Positions 41,324 to 53,428 of a DNA stretch of 64,000 bases are shown piece after piece; the first letter of the stretch is position 1, and each line of letters starts with the position of its first letter. Under the pieces are notes generated by a model. It saw nothing but the letters and a program-made list of their open reading frames with translations, did not search any database and had not been told where the DNA came from. Both the position numbers and the translations under genes were made by a program. Source of the DNA: Blasia pusilla (Eukaryota); contig CM114271.1 of assembly GCA_050084515.1 (NCBI GenBank), positions 49,476,001-49,540,000 of the forward strand, given 5' to 3'.

Positions 41324-41821
41324 TATCACATCTTGGTTTGCCGACAAGTAGAGTGCTACCACGTGGATGGCATAGAGGGTTAGCATACGGTTTGGGTGTA
41401 ACTTCTTCTTGATATGTCAGATGAGGTTGATGACTAGTCCATTACGTCAAGAACATCATTTATAGCCAATTCCCTTCTTTGCTATTTCTGGCCATATGAC
41501 CCTTTGACCAAGTCAACGGTCACCCACTAACCTATGCTTGTAGGTTACCATTTAGGGGCTATTTTAGGAGCACCTATCTTGCTTGTGTATGTAGGAACTA
41601 GGGTGCTAGTATCTAAGTGTCCGGATTCCCTCATAGCATAGGGTGGATGTGACTTGATATGTCGCTGTAGATTCAAGAGTGGATTTTTAGGCCATGTGAG
41701 CCGTTTCTACTCTAATTTTACATGAGTAAGATCCACTCGTATGTTGGGAAGATCAATGTTGTGTGGTGAGGATGAGACCAATGATGTGTGTATTGTGTAG
41801 TCGATGTGTATGCACACGAAA
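41324..41821 (+). mobile_element. Diverged solo L-S unit of the E2 subfamily (inverted relative to E2)
   Basis: 41324-41726 aligns with the reverse complement of E2 L (gtgtaactt; tgtc.gatgaggttga; ggagcacct; ctagggtgctag; ccgttt..ctactct). 41727-41821 aligns with E2 S (gggaagatc..tgttgtgtggtg; gatgtgtatgcacacga). The TATA/primer segment is deleted. Confidence 0.8.
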
Positions 41822-42672
41822 ACTCTTTGTAATTGAGTTCTCCCCCGCCCATTTTTATTGAGACCTTTTTCCCCCTTAAGAGTCCCCTAAGGCACTATTA
41901 TCCTTAGAACGGCCCCCTAGGAACTATCTTTACTACTCTAACCCCTTACGTTGCCACGTCGAATGGGGTCCAAGTAACCCTAAAGTTTTTTTATGTACGT
42001 ATTGAAGGAAGAAGTATGTTGGAGATGAGAGTGCTACATAGGAGATCCTATTGATAACACTCGAGGATGTGGTTGAGAAGCCTGTTGCATAGGTATAATG
42101 CACGAGATTCAAAGGTAGAAAATCTTGAGATTCTTTGCCAATATTACTTCCATATTATCCTTGCATCTTTCTAGAATGGATGGTAGAGAGCTGTTGAGAG
42201 TTCCACTGGGCACATCAGCCACTAATTTTGCTCCAGGCTATTGCAAACACTATTTTCCTATGGATGAGCAAGGTATATTCTACGGTGAAAAATAAATTAA
42301 CCCAATCTGAAAATATCGATCATTTATCTGTAAGTATGTATTAATTTCACAAGTCGATGCACTTTCTTCATTTCGACTCACTCATAGAGCTTTGATATGA
42401 ACATATTGTGTAGTCTAGAGATAGTCCAAACAGATCTAATTGACCCAAGAGGTCATGAGCTTTGATGACTTTAATTTCAGTTTGCGCTCGATTGTTGGTG
42501 CTACATCAATTCCACAATGAAGATTTGTGCACAAACGAAGAAATGGTATTAATTTCACACTTATAGACATGAGGCTAAGATAAGAGGGAAAGGTCTACTT
42601 GAAAAATTTCAGTCTCTAATATCGGATGTTGCGTATGCTAGAGAGGAATCAACGAGATTCCCATAATGTGCT

Positions 42673-43030
42673 CAAGGTTTGGACATGTCTGCCCATGGAC
42701 AAGTCCGTCCATGGGCAGACATGTCCGAACATGGAAAATTGGTCGCAAGCGAGGGTATTTTAGTGCTCAGCTCAATGGTGCGGGTTGCACCCGCGGGAAC
42801 AAGTGTGGGCTTGGATAAAGGGTGTGGGCCAAGGTGCGGGCTAAAGGCGGGCCACAAGTGCGACGCGGGATGCGAGCCAGCCTAGAATGTGTTGAAGGCA
42901 GGCTCCCTCGAGCGTTGGGCATAAATCGGTGCGGGCTGGGCGGGCAAGGGAGGCGGCCCTAGAGCCCGCGCGTGGGCTGGACGCGATCTAGGCGGGCTAG
43001 AATGCAGGCCAAGCGGGTCGAGGGTGGGCC
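42673..43030. mobile_element. MITE-like fragment related to the hAT-like family, with a perfect 20-bp inverted repeat
   Basis: caaggtt start. ggacatgtctgcccatggac (42681-42700) / gtccatgggcagacatgtcc (42707-42726). GC-rich gcgggct/gtgggc motifs follow. Confidence 0.55.
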
Positions 43031-43429
43031 TGGTGATTCTAATGGTTCTAGTGGGGACTTAAATGGGATTTTGTACGGGTAAGGTGCTTGACGGCTTGAG
43101 GGGTTGGAGTAGGGTTGTTGTGATAGAAAATAGGTTAGTTAGAAATAAGAGCAATTGAAGAAATGGGGATAATATTGGTGGAGAGAAGAAGGGGAATGTT
43201 AAAATATAATTGAGTAGGCTGGTTATATTGGAAAATAGGTTATTTGGAAATTAGAGTAGGTCAAAAAGGAATCTGATAGCATAACAAAATCAGATTTAAT
43301 TTCTAAATGATGACTAGTGGAGATGGTTTAGTAATAAATTGTAAGTAGGGATAGATGATTTTGGAAGTTAGAGAGGTTCATTCTCTTCCTTTCATCCTCC
43401 CACATATAAACTTGCTCATTTTTTGTGTA

Positions 43430-43809
43430 TGTCATGACCATACAGATTATGTCGTAGAATATAGTGTGCTAGTAGAGGCCATACCTTATGTAGGGCCGCA
43501 GTGTCTAGGTAGAGATGCGATTTCATACATAGGGTTGGGGTTACTCAATTGAGGGTGAGTTTTCCAGTAGGGCCCGCTCTTAGGTTGGAGGATATAAAGT
43601 GGAGTGCACTCAAAGAAGTGTCAGTTCTTTGAGTTGAGCCTGTTGCGTTGGGAGTTAGCCTTGGTAGTGAGTAGAGCTCTTGGCTATGGTGTTTCCCGCA
43701 AGCTTCGACCTAGATTCTCCCATCGTGGAGTGGGTTTGGCTTGATTGTATGTGATTCTATACGTGTTTTATGACAAAAGGTCTTTCCCGGATTTCACTCA
43801 AAGAACTGA
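43430..43809 (+). promoter_or_regulatory. E3 5' L segment: TATA (43593-43598), initiator-like TCAGTT (43621-43626), self-complementary PBS (43796-43809)
   Basis: TATAAA lies 30 nt upstream of the A in TCAGT. tcagttctttgagt (43621-43634) is the exact reverse complement of actcaaagaactga (43796-43809). Confidence 0.75.
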
Positions 43810-46800
43810 TGTAGATCGATGGTAGCTTCGGTTGTGGATCAGTAGGATCTGGTTAGGGCTAATTGTGTACTCAACTGTGGATATTCGTGGCTTGTGGCCT
43901 ATGTTGGAGGTGTGAATCTGGTGCGTGGTTGGTTGGGAAAGAAGCGCCTTGCTGAGAGCTTTCCAACGCGCTTTAGATCGCCGGATTTCGTCAAGGGAGT
44001 TGGAAGTTATCAAGGATTGAAGATTCTGGTTCGTGTTCGACGGTTTTCTGATGTGGAGAGCTTGGAGTGCGGAAGCTTTGTTGAAGTTCATCCAGATCGG
44101 GTGAGAGATTCTTGTTGCTACTTGTATTGTGATCTCATGTGAAGCTATCTGCTTGAGTGTGTGGAGCGTTGCGGATTTTTGCGTGCATGAAATTGGGCGG
44201 AAGCGCTGTCGGATTTGCGATTCTTGAGGTGTATGGACAGCAAGTTTGTCTGATTTTTAGCTCGGAGTACAGAGCTTGGTTGTAGCTAATTTTTTGTGGA
44301 GAGATAGCTATGGTGGTTAATTGAATTTTGGTTGAAACAGATTTGATTTTGGTCACGGATTTGTGAAGTAATTTTTTATCCAAATTTGGCTATGGTGGAC
44401 AGCGGATCGGAGGGGCTGGTTGGTTGGTGACTCGTTCATTGTTAGAGACGCCTATCCCATTGGGGACGCCCTGGTTGGGCCTCTCTCCATAGCAAAGCAT
44501 GGCAAACGGGGCGATAGGGGCATGTCTCGAGGCTTCGAGGCAACTCGTGGTAGCTCGGGGCGAGTGGGCGTGAGAGGCGGAGTAAGGAGCAAGGAGCAAG
44601 CAAGCAAGCTTGCTTGCTTGGGCGTGAGGCAGATTTTGCAGGATTTGTGATTTGAGTGTTGCATAACTGGTCACCCATCTTTGGGGTATTCTGCCTGGAG
44701 GACGCTTAACTACTGAGTTCTTAACTATGCCAGTGTACATACTGGTGTAGCTCATTTGGTGTTGTTCGGAGATGTGTTAGGCGCTTTATGCATCTCAAGT
44801 TTTTGGTTGATGTATCTCTAGCGCATAGTTAGGTGTAACCTTTTCATGCAGGTGATATTTTCAGGTGCTGCGAGTCCGACTAGCACGTCATCGACCCGCG
44901 GCGGAGTAGCTTTTGCGTTAGAATTGTGTGGTGGGTTTTGTAGATTCAAGGGGCGCCACGTTTGGTGGATTGTGTTACCTTGATTTCCATTTGCGATTGG
45001 AGGATTGTCGTTGGACTTCCTGTGTTTGGATCCCCTCCATCGTTGCTTCTTGCTTGCGCGCCCATTGTTAGGGTTGACGCTGATTTCCAGAGTAGTGTTA
45101 CTCCTGTGTGCTACCGGTAGTGAGGCTGGAGTGATGACCAATAGACCGTGGGAGGATTCTTGTGGTGATGACAGGTTAGGAGTGTTGCAGCTCCATTGAT
45201 TTGGGACATGGACGGGATATATGGGGCCATGAAGGGCCCACGACGATACTCGGGTGTAGTGGGCACCATTGAGTTGGAGGACTTCATGCAGGAGTTTGAT
45301 ACGTGGTGTGATATGCAGATGTTGCGGAACGCCACGTTGTTTACACCCTTCTTGGCTTGGAAGGGGTTGTTTTAGCACTTGGAGGGACCACCCATGGATG
45401 ATTACCATGAGTTTAGGAAGGACCACGTTGCTGAGATTGAGGCATGGAGACAATATTGGTCTCCAGGCTATGTGTCTATCACCCATGGTGGTATTGGTAG
45501 TAGTGCTCCTACTATGCCAGCCAGCCCGACGTTGAGTGGTACGAGTACGAGTCGGAGTGGGGGTATCAGTGGAGGTACCAGTGGAGGTACTAGTGGAGGT
45601 ACTAGTGCCCCACCATCGTTTAGCCCGGTTGCCGAGTTCTTCAAGAGGTTGAAGAAGAACTATCAGGGAGTGAAGACAGAGAAGTTGAGGAGTCTTCAAG
45701 AATTTGAGCGAAAGACTGGTGAGAGTCTTCGTGAGGCATACACTCGTATCCGACGCTTGATTTGATTACCCAGTGTGGACCGAGGCTCACGCATGATCGA
45801 TTTTGGTATGGGATCTTGGGCAGAGAGTTGCGCGCAGGTACGTGATGCTACTCTTATGAGTGATGATTCACCCACATTGACCCATGTGTTTGCTCTATTT
45901 GAGAAGATTGAGCTTAACATGGTGAAGGAGAGAGTGGTGACATCCGCATTCAAGAGGGGATACAACTACTACTTCGTGTTCAAAGCAGCCCACATCACAG
46001 TCTCGTAGTAGTGGTGGTGGTAGTAGTAGTGGGAGTCGTGGGGGTACACACGACCTCGATCAGTCCTAGAGGGACACTTGCGCAGAGACCATTGCCTTCA
46101 TTTGCTGCCCCCCAGCAAGGGGATCATGTTGGACATGTGGAGGTGATCATGTTAGGAAGTTTTGTCCCCAAGAGGATGGAAGACGGACTTTGGAGGATGG
46201 GCCTCGATCGGCCCCAACTCGGTGTGATCATTGCGGGAGACCAGGTCATCCTCGAGCGTTGCTTTGATCTTCATCCAAAGTTGAGATCAGGCCGCGGCCG
46301 TGGTGGAGTAGCTCCGAGAGGCCGAGGTGGTAGGGGTGGTAGAGGTGGATCAGTGGTTGGAGAGCCTACGTTGGCCATCCCTACCACTACGACAAGTCAA
46401 CTATGGTGTCGAGGATTGAGCGATTGGAGAGGTTGGCTACTATGGTGATATCTAGCATAGATCAGGTTCGGGAGCAGGGCTTCCACCTCTTATGGAGGGA
46501 TGATCTCTCTTATATGGCGAGTGCAAAAAGACAAGGTTGAGGCATCAAGCTGCGATACGAGAGGAGCCACTCGAGCGTCAGAGCCACGTGGTGCTACTGT
46601 GGAGTTGGACCCATAGAGAGGTGAGGCTGGGAGGCAGGCTAGGCTTCCCGAGTCATTCTTATTGTCTGAGGTGCTTAGGACTCCATCCATGGTTCCTACG
46701 CAGCCTATTGAGCCGACATTGGGGACTGAGGCATCTACATCGCGTCTAGTAGACACGGATCGACTTCAGTGCAAAGATGTGCGGATGGCAACTTCAGTGT

Positions 46801-47849
46801 TGGGATCCCCATTGTTTTCGGCCACGGAGTTGATGGCTTTAGGAGTTGACTTAGCTCATGTATTTCAGCTAGCAGCCAGGTTGTGTGAACATGGGGGTGT
46901 TAGTGCTACACGTGCTGAGGTGGATGAGGGTGTTGCAGTGGAGCGACCCTCTATGTCAAGTGTAGCATTGAGTACCAGTGCTACTTGGCAGGTAGCAGCG
47001 GCAAAGATGGATGCATTACCAACCCGGCCAGCCATTGATCGTGAGAGGCTTACACCTGGTGTATGTATGTTGGACAACCGGAGTGGAATATTCCGATTGG
47101 TGAGTCCTACAGGAAAGGTGTATAGACCAGATAGAGTCTTGTTAGACTCTGGTGCCCAACCTTTGACGTTGGGAAAGGCGTCATGTATTGGTTTGGGTAT
47201 TCGAAGGTCAGAGCTTGAGCCTTGCCCATTCCAGATTCAAACATCATTTGGAGGAGCCAATGATAGGTCTCAATTCATGACACGGGAGAAGTTTTCTGTA
47301 CAGTTGAGACCAGATCATGCGACTCATAGCTCCCGGTTGGGAGTACCTGCAGTGGTCACATCAGCCGAGTCGTATGATGTACTAGTTGGAGGAGCAGTAT
47401 TGTACCCGATGGGTTTTCAGATGGATTACTAAACTGAGACAGCGTCTTATAGACCTGGTTGGCAGTCTGGGGATGGACGTATGAGCCAAGTTCCTGTGAG
47501 ATTTATTTATGGGGCTCGACCAGGAGGGTCTTTCCCAACGGTATTAGCATCTGTGGCTGGTTTTAGTGGAGTAGTCACTTGGCCATGAGACTTTTGGGAG
47601 GGTAATGTTTCCGCTATGGATTCTCCTGTGCATGAGGAGGTAGAGGAGGTCCCTATTTTTGCAGCAATGGCATCCTCATCGTTGGATGTGCCACTTTGGA
47701 GTTCAGGAGGTGCACTACGGCAGGAGGCTTGGTGTGAGGCTGTTATACCTCACGAGGAAGAGGACGCCCCATGGCGGACTCCTACTTCTGGTCCAGTTGG
47801 GTTATCCCCTTTGGATACTACACCCATTGTATGGCAGTATGCGTCGGAG

Positions 47850-48790
47850 GGCATTTGTGTGTTAGATCTCTTTGGTGGGATTAGCAGTGGTTTGGCTGCA
47901 ATGTTGCAGACCAGTATTCTTGTGCGGAGATACGTGTATGTGGAGCGGGATGAGACGGCCCAGAGAGTCTCATCCCGACATATTGGTCAGTTGATGCGGA
48001 GATATCCTGAGTTGTTGCCGCCATCAGCTATTCGTGGGTACCGACGTGCTTTGTCCTCACACATTGCATTGTTGGGGGCGCAGGACCTTGAGAAGGTTGG
48101 TCCTGTGGATTTGGTGATTGCTGGATGGCCATGTCAGGGTCATACACGTGCTGGTCGTGGTGAGGGATTACATGACCCTAGGTCTCGATTGTTTTGGGAG
48201 ATGTTACGGGTGTTACGACATCTTCAGGTTCATCAGGCACGTGCTCCAGCTTACATTCTGGAGAATGTTCCATTGTTGGATGACACTCGGACCCGGATGA
48301 TGGCGAGTGTTCATGAGGTGCGGTCTTGGATTGGACCAGCGGTGTTATTGGATGCAGCGCGAGTTGGCTCGCGTGCACATTGTCCACGCTTGTGGTGGAC
48401 AAACTTGTTGCCTAAGGAGGTTCTACGTCGAGTGCAGCGGGATCCTTGCCTTACAATGGATAGTATCTTGGATACTAGGCGACTTTCTCAAGTGGTGAGG
48501 GTTATTGATCGGTCACCCATGGCAGTGGTGAACCGTGTGGGCCAGCCTAGGATGGCACTACCCACATTTGTGAGTTTTCCCTCGTCACATGCATACAGGG
48601 AAGGTGGTCCGGGCTTGTATGGGATTCTCATGTGCGAAAATTGGTGGAGCCTAACGCTGATGAGAGAGAGCGTGCGATGGGATTTGCTACTAGTGTGACA
48701 GCAGTTGCTTCCATTTCTGAGGCTTCACGACGTCATGTGTTGGGTCAGGCCATGGACCTGAATTGTTTGACTTGGATTTTGAGTCTTGGT
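47850..48790 (+). pseudogene. DNMT3-like C5 cytosine methyltransferase domain of E3 (best-preserved copy)
   Basis: ICVLDLFGGISSG (I), YVERD (II), DLVIAGWPCQG (IV, catalytic Cys), GLHDPRSRLFWE, YILENVP (VI), DAARVGSRAHCPRLWWTNL (VIII), ERERAMGF (IX), SEASRRHVLGQAMD (X). One frameshift near 48620. Confidence 0.95.
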
Positions 48791-51656
48791 ATGGCCGAGC
48801 AGCGTCGACTTCGGACTATGTGTGTGGGTCTTCCACCCCTTGTAATGAGCTTGATGGCTACCGGGACGATAGAGGCATCGGCTGGGGGCGAGGAGAGTAG
48901 TATTTTGCATCCTTAGAGTAAATGGGATGTAATGGCTGGGCATGTGGAGTTGGTTGCTCATGCTGGTGGAGGAGTTATTTGCTCAGATGATGGTGTAGCT
49001 AAGGGTGTACCATTTTGTGAGGGGGTTGCGTAGCAGCCAATGGCATCGTCCTCTCCCTCTAGTGTGCCAGTGAAGGAGACTTGGGAGCCATTTCTTGGGC
49101 CCAAGCTTACGGGAGGTGAGAAACGACGCTTGACACAGTTCCTACGTGCTTATAGGAGTTGTTTTGCCTTTAGCATGAAGGAGTTGGGTTCTCTGGTTGG
49201 ACCTAGTATACGGATTGATTTGGCTAGTCATACGCCAATCTTCCGTCGTCCCTACCGATATAGCGATATGGAGAGGGACCTGATTCAGAGTAGGACGTTG
49301 GACCTTTTGGAGGCTGGATTAGTGGAGTTATCGCATGGAGAGTATGCATCAGCCACTGTCATGCCTGCTAAAAAGGATATGCATGGCAACTACACGGATA
49401 GGCGGATGTGTGGAGATTACCATCCTATCAATCGGCAAACCAAGGCCGATAGGTATGCCATGCCTACATCTGAGGAGATCTTTGATGTGGTGGAACATGC
49501 AAAGATTTTCAGTACTTTGGATCTTCGGGCATGATACCATCAATTGCCGATTCGGGAGAATGACAAGGCCAAGACAGCATTTTGGGGTGTCAACTCTCAT
49601 GGCAAGGATTTTTTGTACCAGTGGAAATTCTTACCCTTTGGGTTGAAGAATGCACTTGCCGAGTTTCAGAGAGTGATGGACAGGATCCTAGCAGGATTGG
49701 ATTTTGTTTGGTGTTACATTGATGATATCTTGGTGTTGATAACACGGTGGAGGAGCATCGAGATACATTTGCAGATGGTGTTTGAGCGGTTGAAAGCTCA
49801 TGGTCTATGTTTGCATCCAGGAAAGTGTAAGTTCTTCCATGAGGATGTTGAGTACTTGGGTCATGTGATCTATCCAAGTGGTTTGGGAGTTCAGAAAGCA
49901 AAGGTGGAGACTATTGCACTTATTCCGCGTCCGGTAGATGTGAGTAGAGTTCGAGCATTCATGGGATTGGCGAACTACTATCAGAGGTATGTGAAGGGAT
50001 TTAGTGCTATGGCAAAGCCTTTGAACCAATTGCTGAAATCAGATCAAGAGTGGTATTGGGGAGATGATCAGGAGAGAGCTTTTGTGGAGCTTAAGGCCAA
50101 GTTGGTGGCGGCGCCTATCTTGAGGAGACCTATCAGAGGGCGCCCATTTCAGTTACACACTAATTGGAGTAGGTTGGGACTTGGAGCGGTGTTGACACAA
50201 CATGATGATGAGCACATGGAGTTTGTGGTGGCCTATCCAAGTCGTTCGAATAATGCAGGATAGTCGCGCTATAGTTCATATGAGGGAGAGTGCTTGGCAG
50301 TAGTGTGGGATGTGGCACACTTTAGGTGTTACTTGTTTGGCACACAGTTTACCCTTGTTACTAATCACCAGCCGCTCAAGTGGTTGATGGAGTCTGACAA
50401 GCTTACAGGGAAGCTTGCACGGTGGGCTCTTATCTTACAGAAGTATGACTTCCATGTGGTACATAGACCTGGAGTTGCCAACCTTGATGTTGATGGGTTG
50501 AGTAGGAACCCATGTACTAGCCAAGAGGATACAACTGGGGCTAGATGGCATGGCGAGGTTGATGAGGAGATGGTGCCAGGTTGGCATGCATCCGCCTTTT
50601 TATGTTGGTTAGGGATGGACTCTAGTATGGAGGACCACATGATATCTTACTCTAGTCAGAGGGTAGATGGCCAGCCTTCAGATCCTAAGGTTGGAGATGG
50701 TGGTACGGATCAGCGTGATATTCATGATGATGCGTTGGTATTGGAGTTCCTACGGACCAGTAGGGTGCCAGGCATAGTGAGTGCCAAGGAGCGAGACCGT
50801 ATTCTTCAACGTGCTAAGAGGTATCGATTGGAGGGAACACATATTCTCTGTGTGTGGGAGGATGGTAGAGTATGAGTAGTGCCGCATTTGGCTCAGAGAG
50901 AGCGCATTGTGCGACATGCCCATGAGGAGTTGGGACATTTTGGGGTAAAGCGTACGTATAGCTTACTCCTTGGTCAGTATTGGTGGCGTGGCATGCATAC
51001 TCAAGTGCAGCAGTTGGTGTCATGTTGTATGGTTTGTGACCGGGTGAGGGCATCATTCAATGCCCCTACACCACAGTTACACCCCTTGCCTATTATGGGG
51101 TTGGGTTACCGTTGGAGTGTGGACTTTGCGGGACCGTTACCGTTGACTGTACGACATGATCGATATGTTTTGGTGATGGTGGATCACTTCTCCAAGTGGA
51201 TTGAGTTGGTGGCATTACCTGACAAGGCAAGTGAGGGAACGGCGTATGCGTTTCTTGACAGAGTGCTTAGTCATTTTGGTGCACGGTGAAGTCTTGACCG
51301 ACCAATGTCTGAGTTTTGGTGAGTTTTGGTCTTGTGTGACAAGGCGTTGATTGATCATCGGACCACATCTCGAGATCATCCGAGGCGGATGGTTTGGCTG
51401 AGCGTGTGGTTCGGGAGCGGTGAAGAGGGCATTGCGCAAGTATGGCCTCTGAAGGGCATCTTGAGACCAGGATATTCAGTTGCCATGGTTAGCCATGGGG
51501 TATAGGTTCAGTCGCCAAGTATCCTTGGCTTCCTTCTCACCTTATTTTTTGTTATACTGCCGAGATCCAAACTTGCCAGCAACAATTCATTGGGAGTCTA
51601 GTGAGGTGGTGAATCTTGATGACCCAGAGATGTGGATGAGAGTGTGTTCTCAGCGG

Positions 51657-52932
51657 TGTCGTATAGTAAAATCAACTAGTGTGTAAACTCCTTCGTCATT
51701 AAGTGTTAGATAGAGTTTCATTAGTATTAAGTAAATTGGCTTAGAAAAAGGAGATTCTTATGTTTAAACCTCTTTATGGTGCCTCTTTTATGCGGGCCCA
51801 ACTTTAGGAAAAGGAGGTAATAAATAAAATATGACTTTATAAAAGTAAAGTAGTTGCTTTAATGAAAAGCAAAAGTAGTCTTGGTTGGTGGCTAGGTTAG
51901 TTGGGGTAATTTGGAAAATATCATGTGGGTAAAAGAGGATATTTTGGAAGAGATAAGAGGAAATCTACTTGTGTCAAAATGTGATTGGCTAAGCCTTGAG
52001 AGGAAGCCATGTGGCACAAGATAAGATAAGCTTTATTTCGTACTCTTGTGGATCCCTTGTGAGTATATAAAGAGGAGGGACCTTCAAGGGTTCATCACTT
52101 TCTATTCCACATCTTGAGTCTCTCGTGTCTCTCTTGAGTGTATGGCTTTGGGATTGCTTGCTTTTCCAATGAGAGTGGATCACCCCTCTTGGGAGAGTAA
52201 CTTGATCATGGTCTATTCTTCGAGAGGTTTCTAGAGTGTGGTGTATGTGTGTGGGGGGGATGAGAGGTTTGTCACCGTAGAGGAGTTTAGTCATACTAAA
52301 ATAGCGGATGTTTTGGCTTGTTACTTTCCCAATGAGAGTGGATTACCCCTCTTGGGAGAATAATTCCGCCAAAACCCATTCTTGAGGAGAGTAGAGAATG
52401 TCTGTCAAGCATGGATAGGGGTGGAGCACGAGCTATGCCCGACTTTCCTTTCCTCAATCCTTACCATGTCAAGGTACTCTTTGTAGATAGGCACTGGTTC
52501 ACTCGCTATTTAGTTTATCACTTTGGGGAGGCGTTCATGAACCAGGTCATGCAATCTCCAACTCCGGTGATTCTTCCTATCGTCACATATGGAAGGACAT
52601 GGGATTGTACTTTGTATGTCCTTATATAGCAATCCATGGATGTCAATAGGTCTGGTCAAGTAGGGTTTAACACTAGTTGTGCTATCTTCCTCGTGTACAA
52701 ACGTAAAATAGTTTATAGGGATTTTATAGTTAGGAATTTCGGGGTCCGATGTTACGAAGAAGTGATCGCCTCGGCACTTCCATTTGTGATACCTGTCGTG
52801 AGAGAATGGAGAGTGTACATCATAATTTTGTATTGAAAAAGGAGAACTTATTAGAGAGTTCACCTTGCATCGACCGCATCTACCGCAGCTAGAAGGCCCA
52901 CCCTTGCTCGAAGAAAGATTCTCGACGCGACA
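51657..52932 (+). mobile_element. 1276-bp solo-LTR-like insertion of a different family inside the E3 integrase
   Basis: TGTC...GACA ends. It interrupts the codons CSQR|AEL, leaving gcgg/acgg (4-bp TSD, 1 mismatch). TATATAAA at ~52064. Internal repeat ccaatgagagtggat.acccctcttgggaga at ~52166 and ~52329. No recognisable coding content. Confidence 0.85.
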
Positions 52933-53290
52933 ACGGGCAGAGCTCTTTCGGAGAGTTATGCCAACAGCCTTTGAGAATCTTGCCATTGCTCAACACAGGG
53001 ATACGTTGCGGTATGCAACCATTCGGGGTGGAGGTTATCGACCATCGATTCGTAGGTTCCATGTGGGGGACTATGTCTATTTGCAGCAGATTTCACCGAC
53101 AACGTTGGATGTGACGGCATGTCGCACTATTTTACAAGTGCGCGAGGTGTTAGCTTCTGGAGTTCTCATGTTGGAGGGTCGTGATGGAGTTGTTTGGAAG
53201 GACTATGTGCGTAATTATGCGCCATGTCATCCTCCAAATGTGGATGGTACTGTTGACCCAAGCTTAGCCATGATACGTGCTAGCTTGAGG

Positions 53291-53428
53291 TGCATGTTGT
53301 GTGGGTCTGCTGGTAACGCAGCCCATATGTTGGTGTGTGATCGGTGTTCTAGGGGTTGGCACATGATGTGTTTGACTCCACGTATGGATGTTGTTCCTAT
53401 TGGAAGGTGGGTTTGTCCCCGATGTACT
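53291..53428 (+). other. PHD finger at the integrase C-terminus of E3
   Basis: CMLCGSAGNAAHMLVCDRCSRGWHMMCLTPRMDVVPIGRWVCPRC. Confidence 0.93.

Noticed and set aside
43795-43815. Canonical tRNA primer-binding site
   Set aside because: No TGG-initiated tRNA-complementary motif lies next to L in any copy. The complementarity is to the element's own 5' region instead.
47616-48698. Host DNMT3/DRM gene
   Set aside because: It is intronless, in frame with protease and RT, and repeated at the same position in four element copies.
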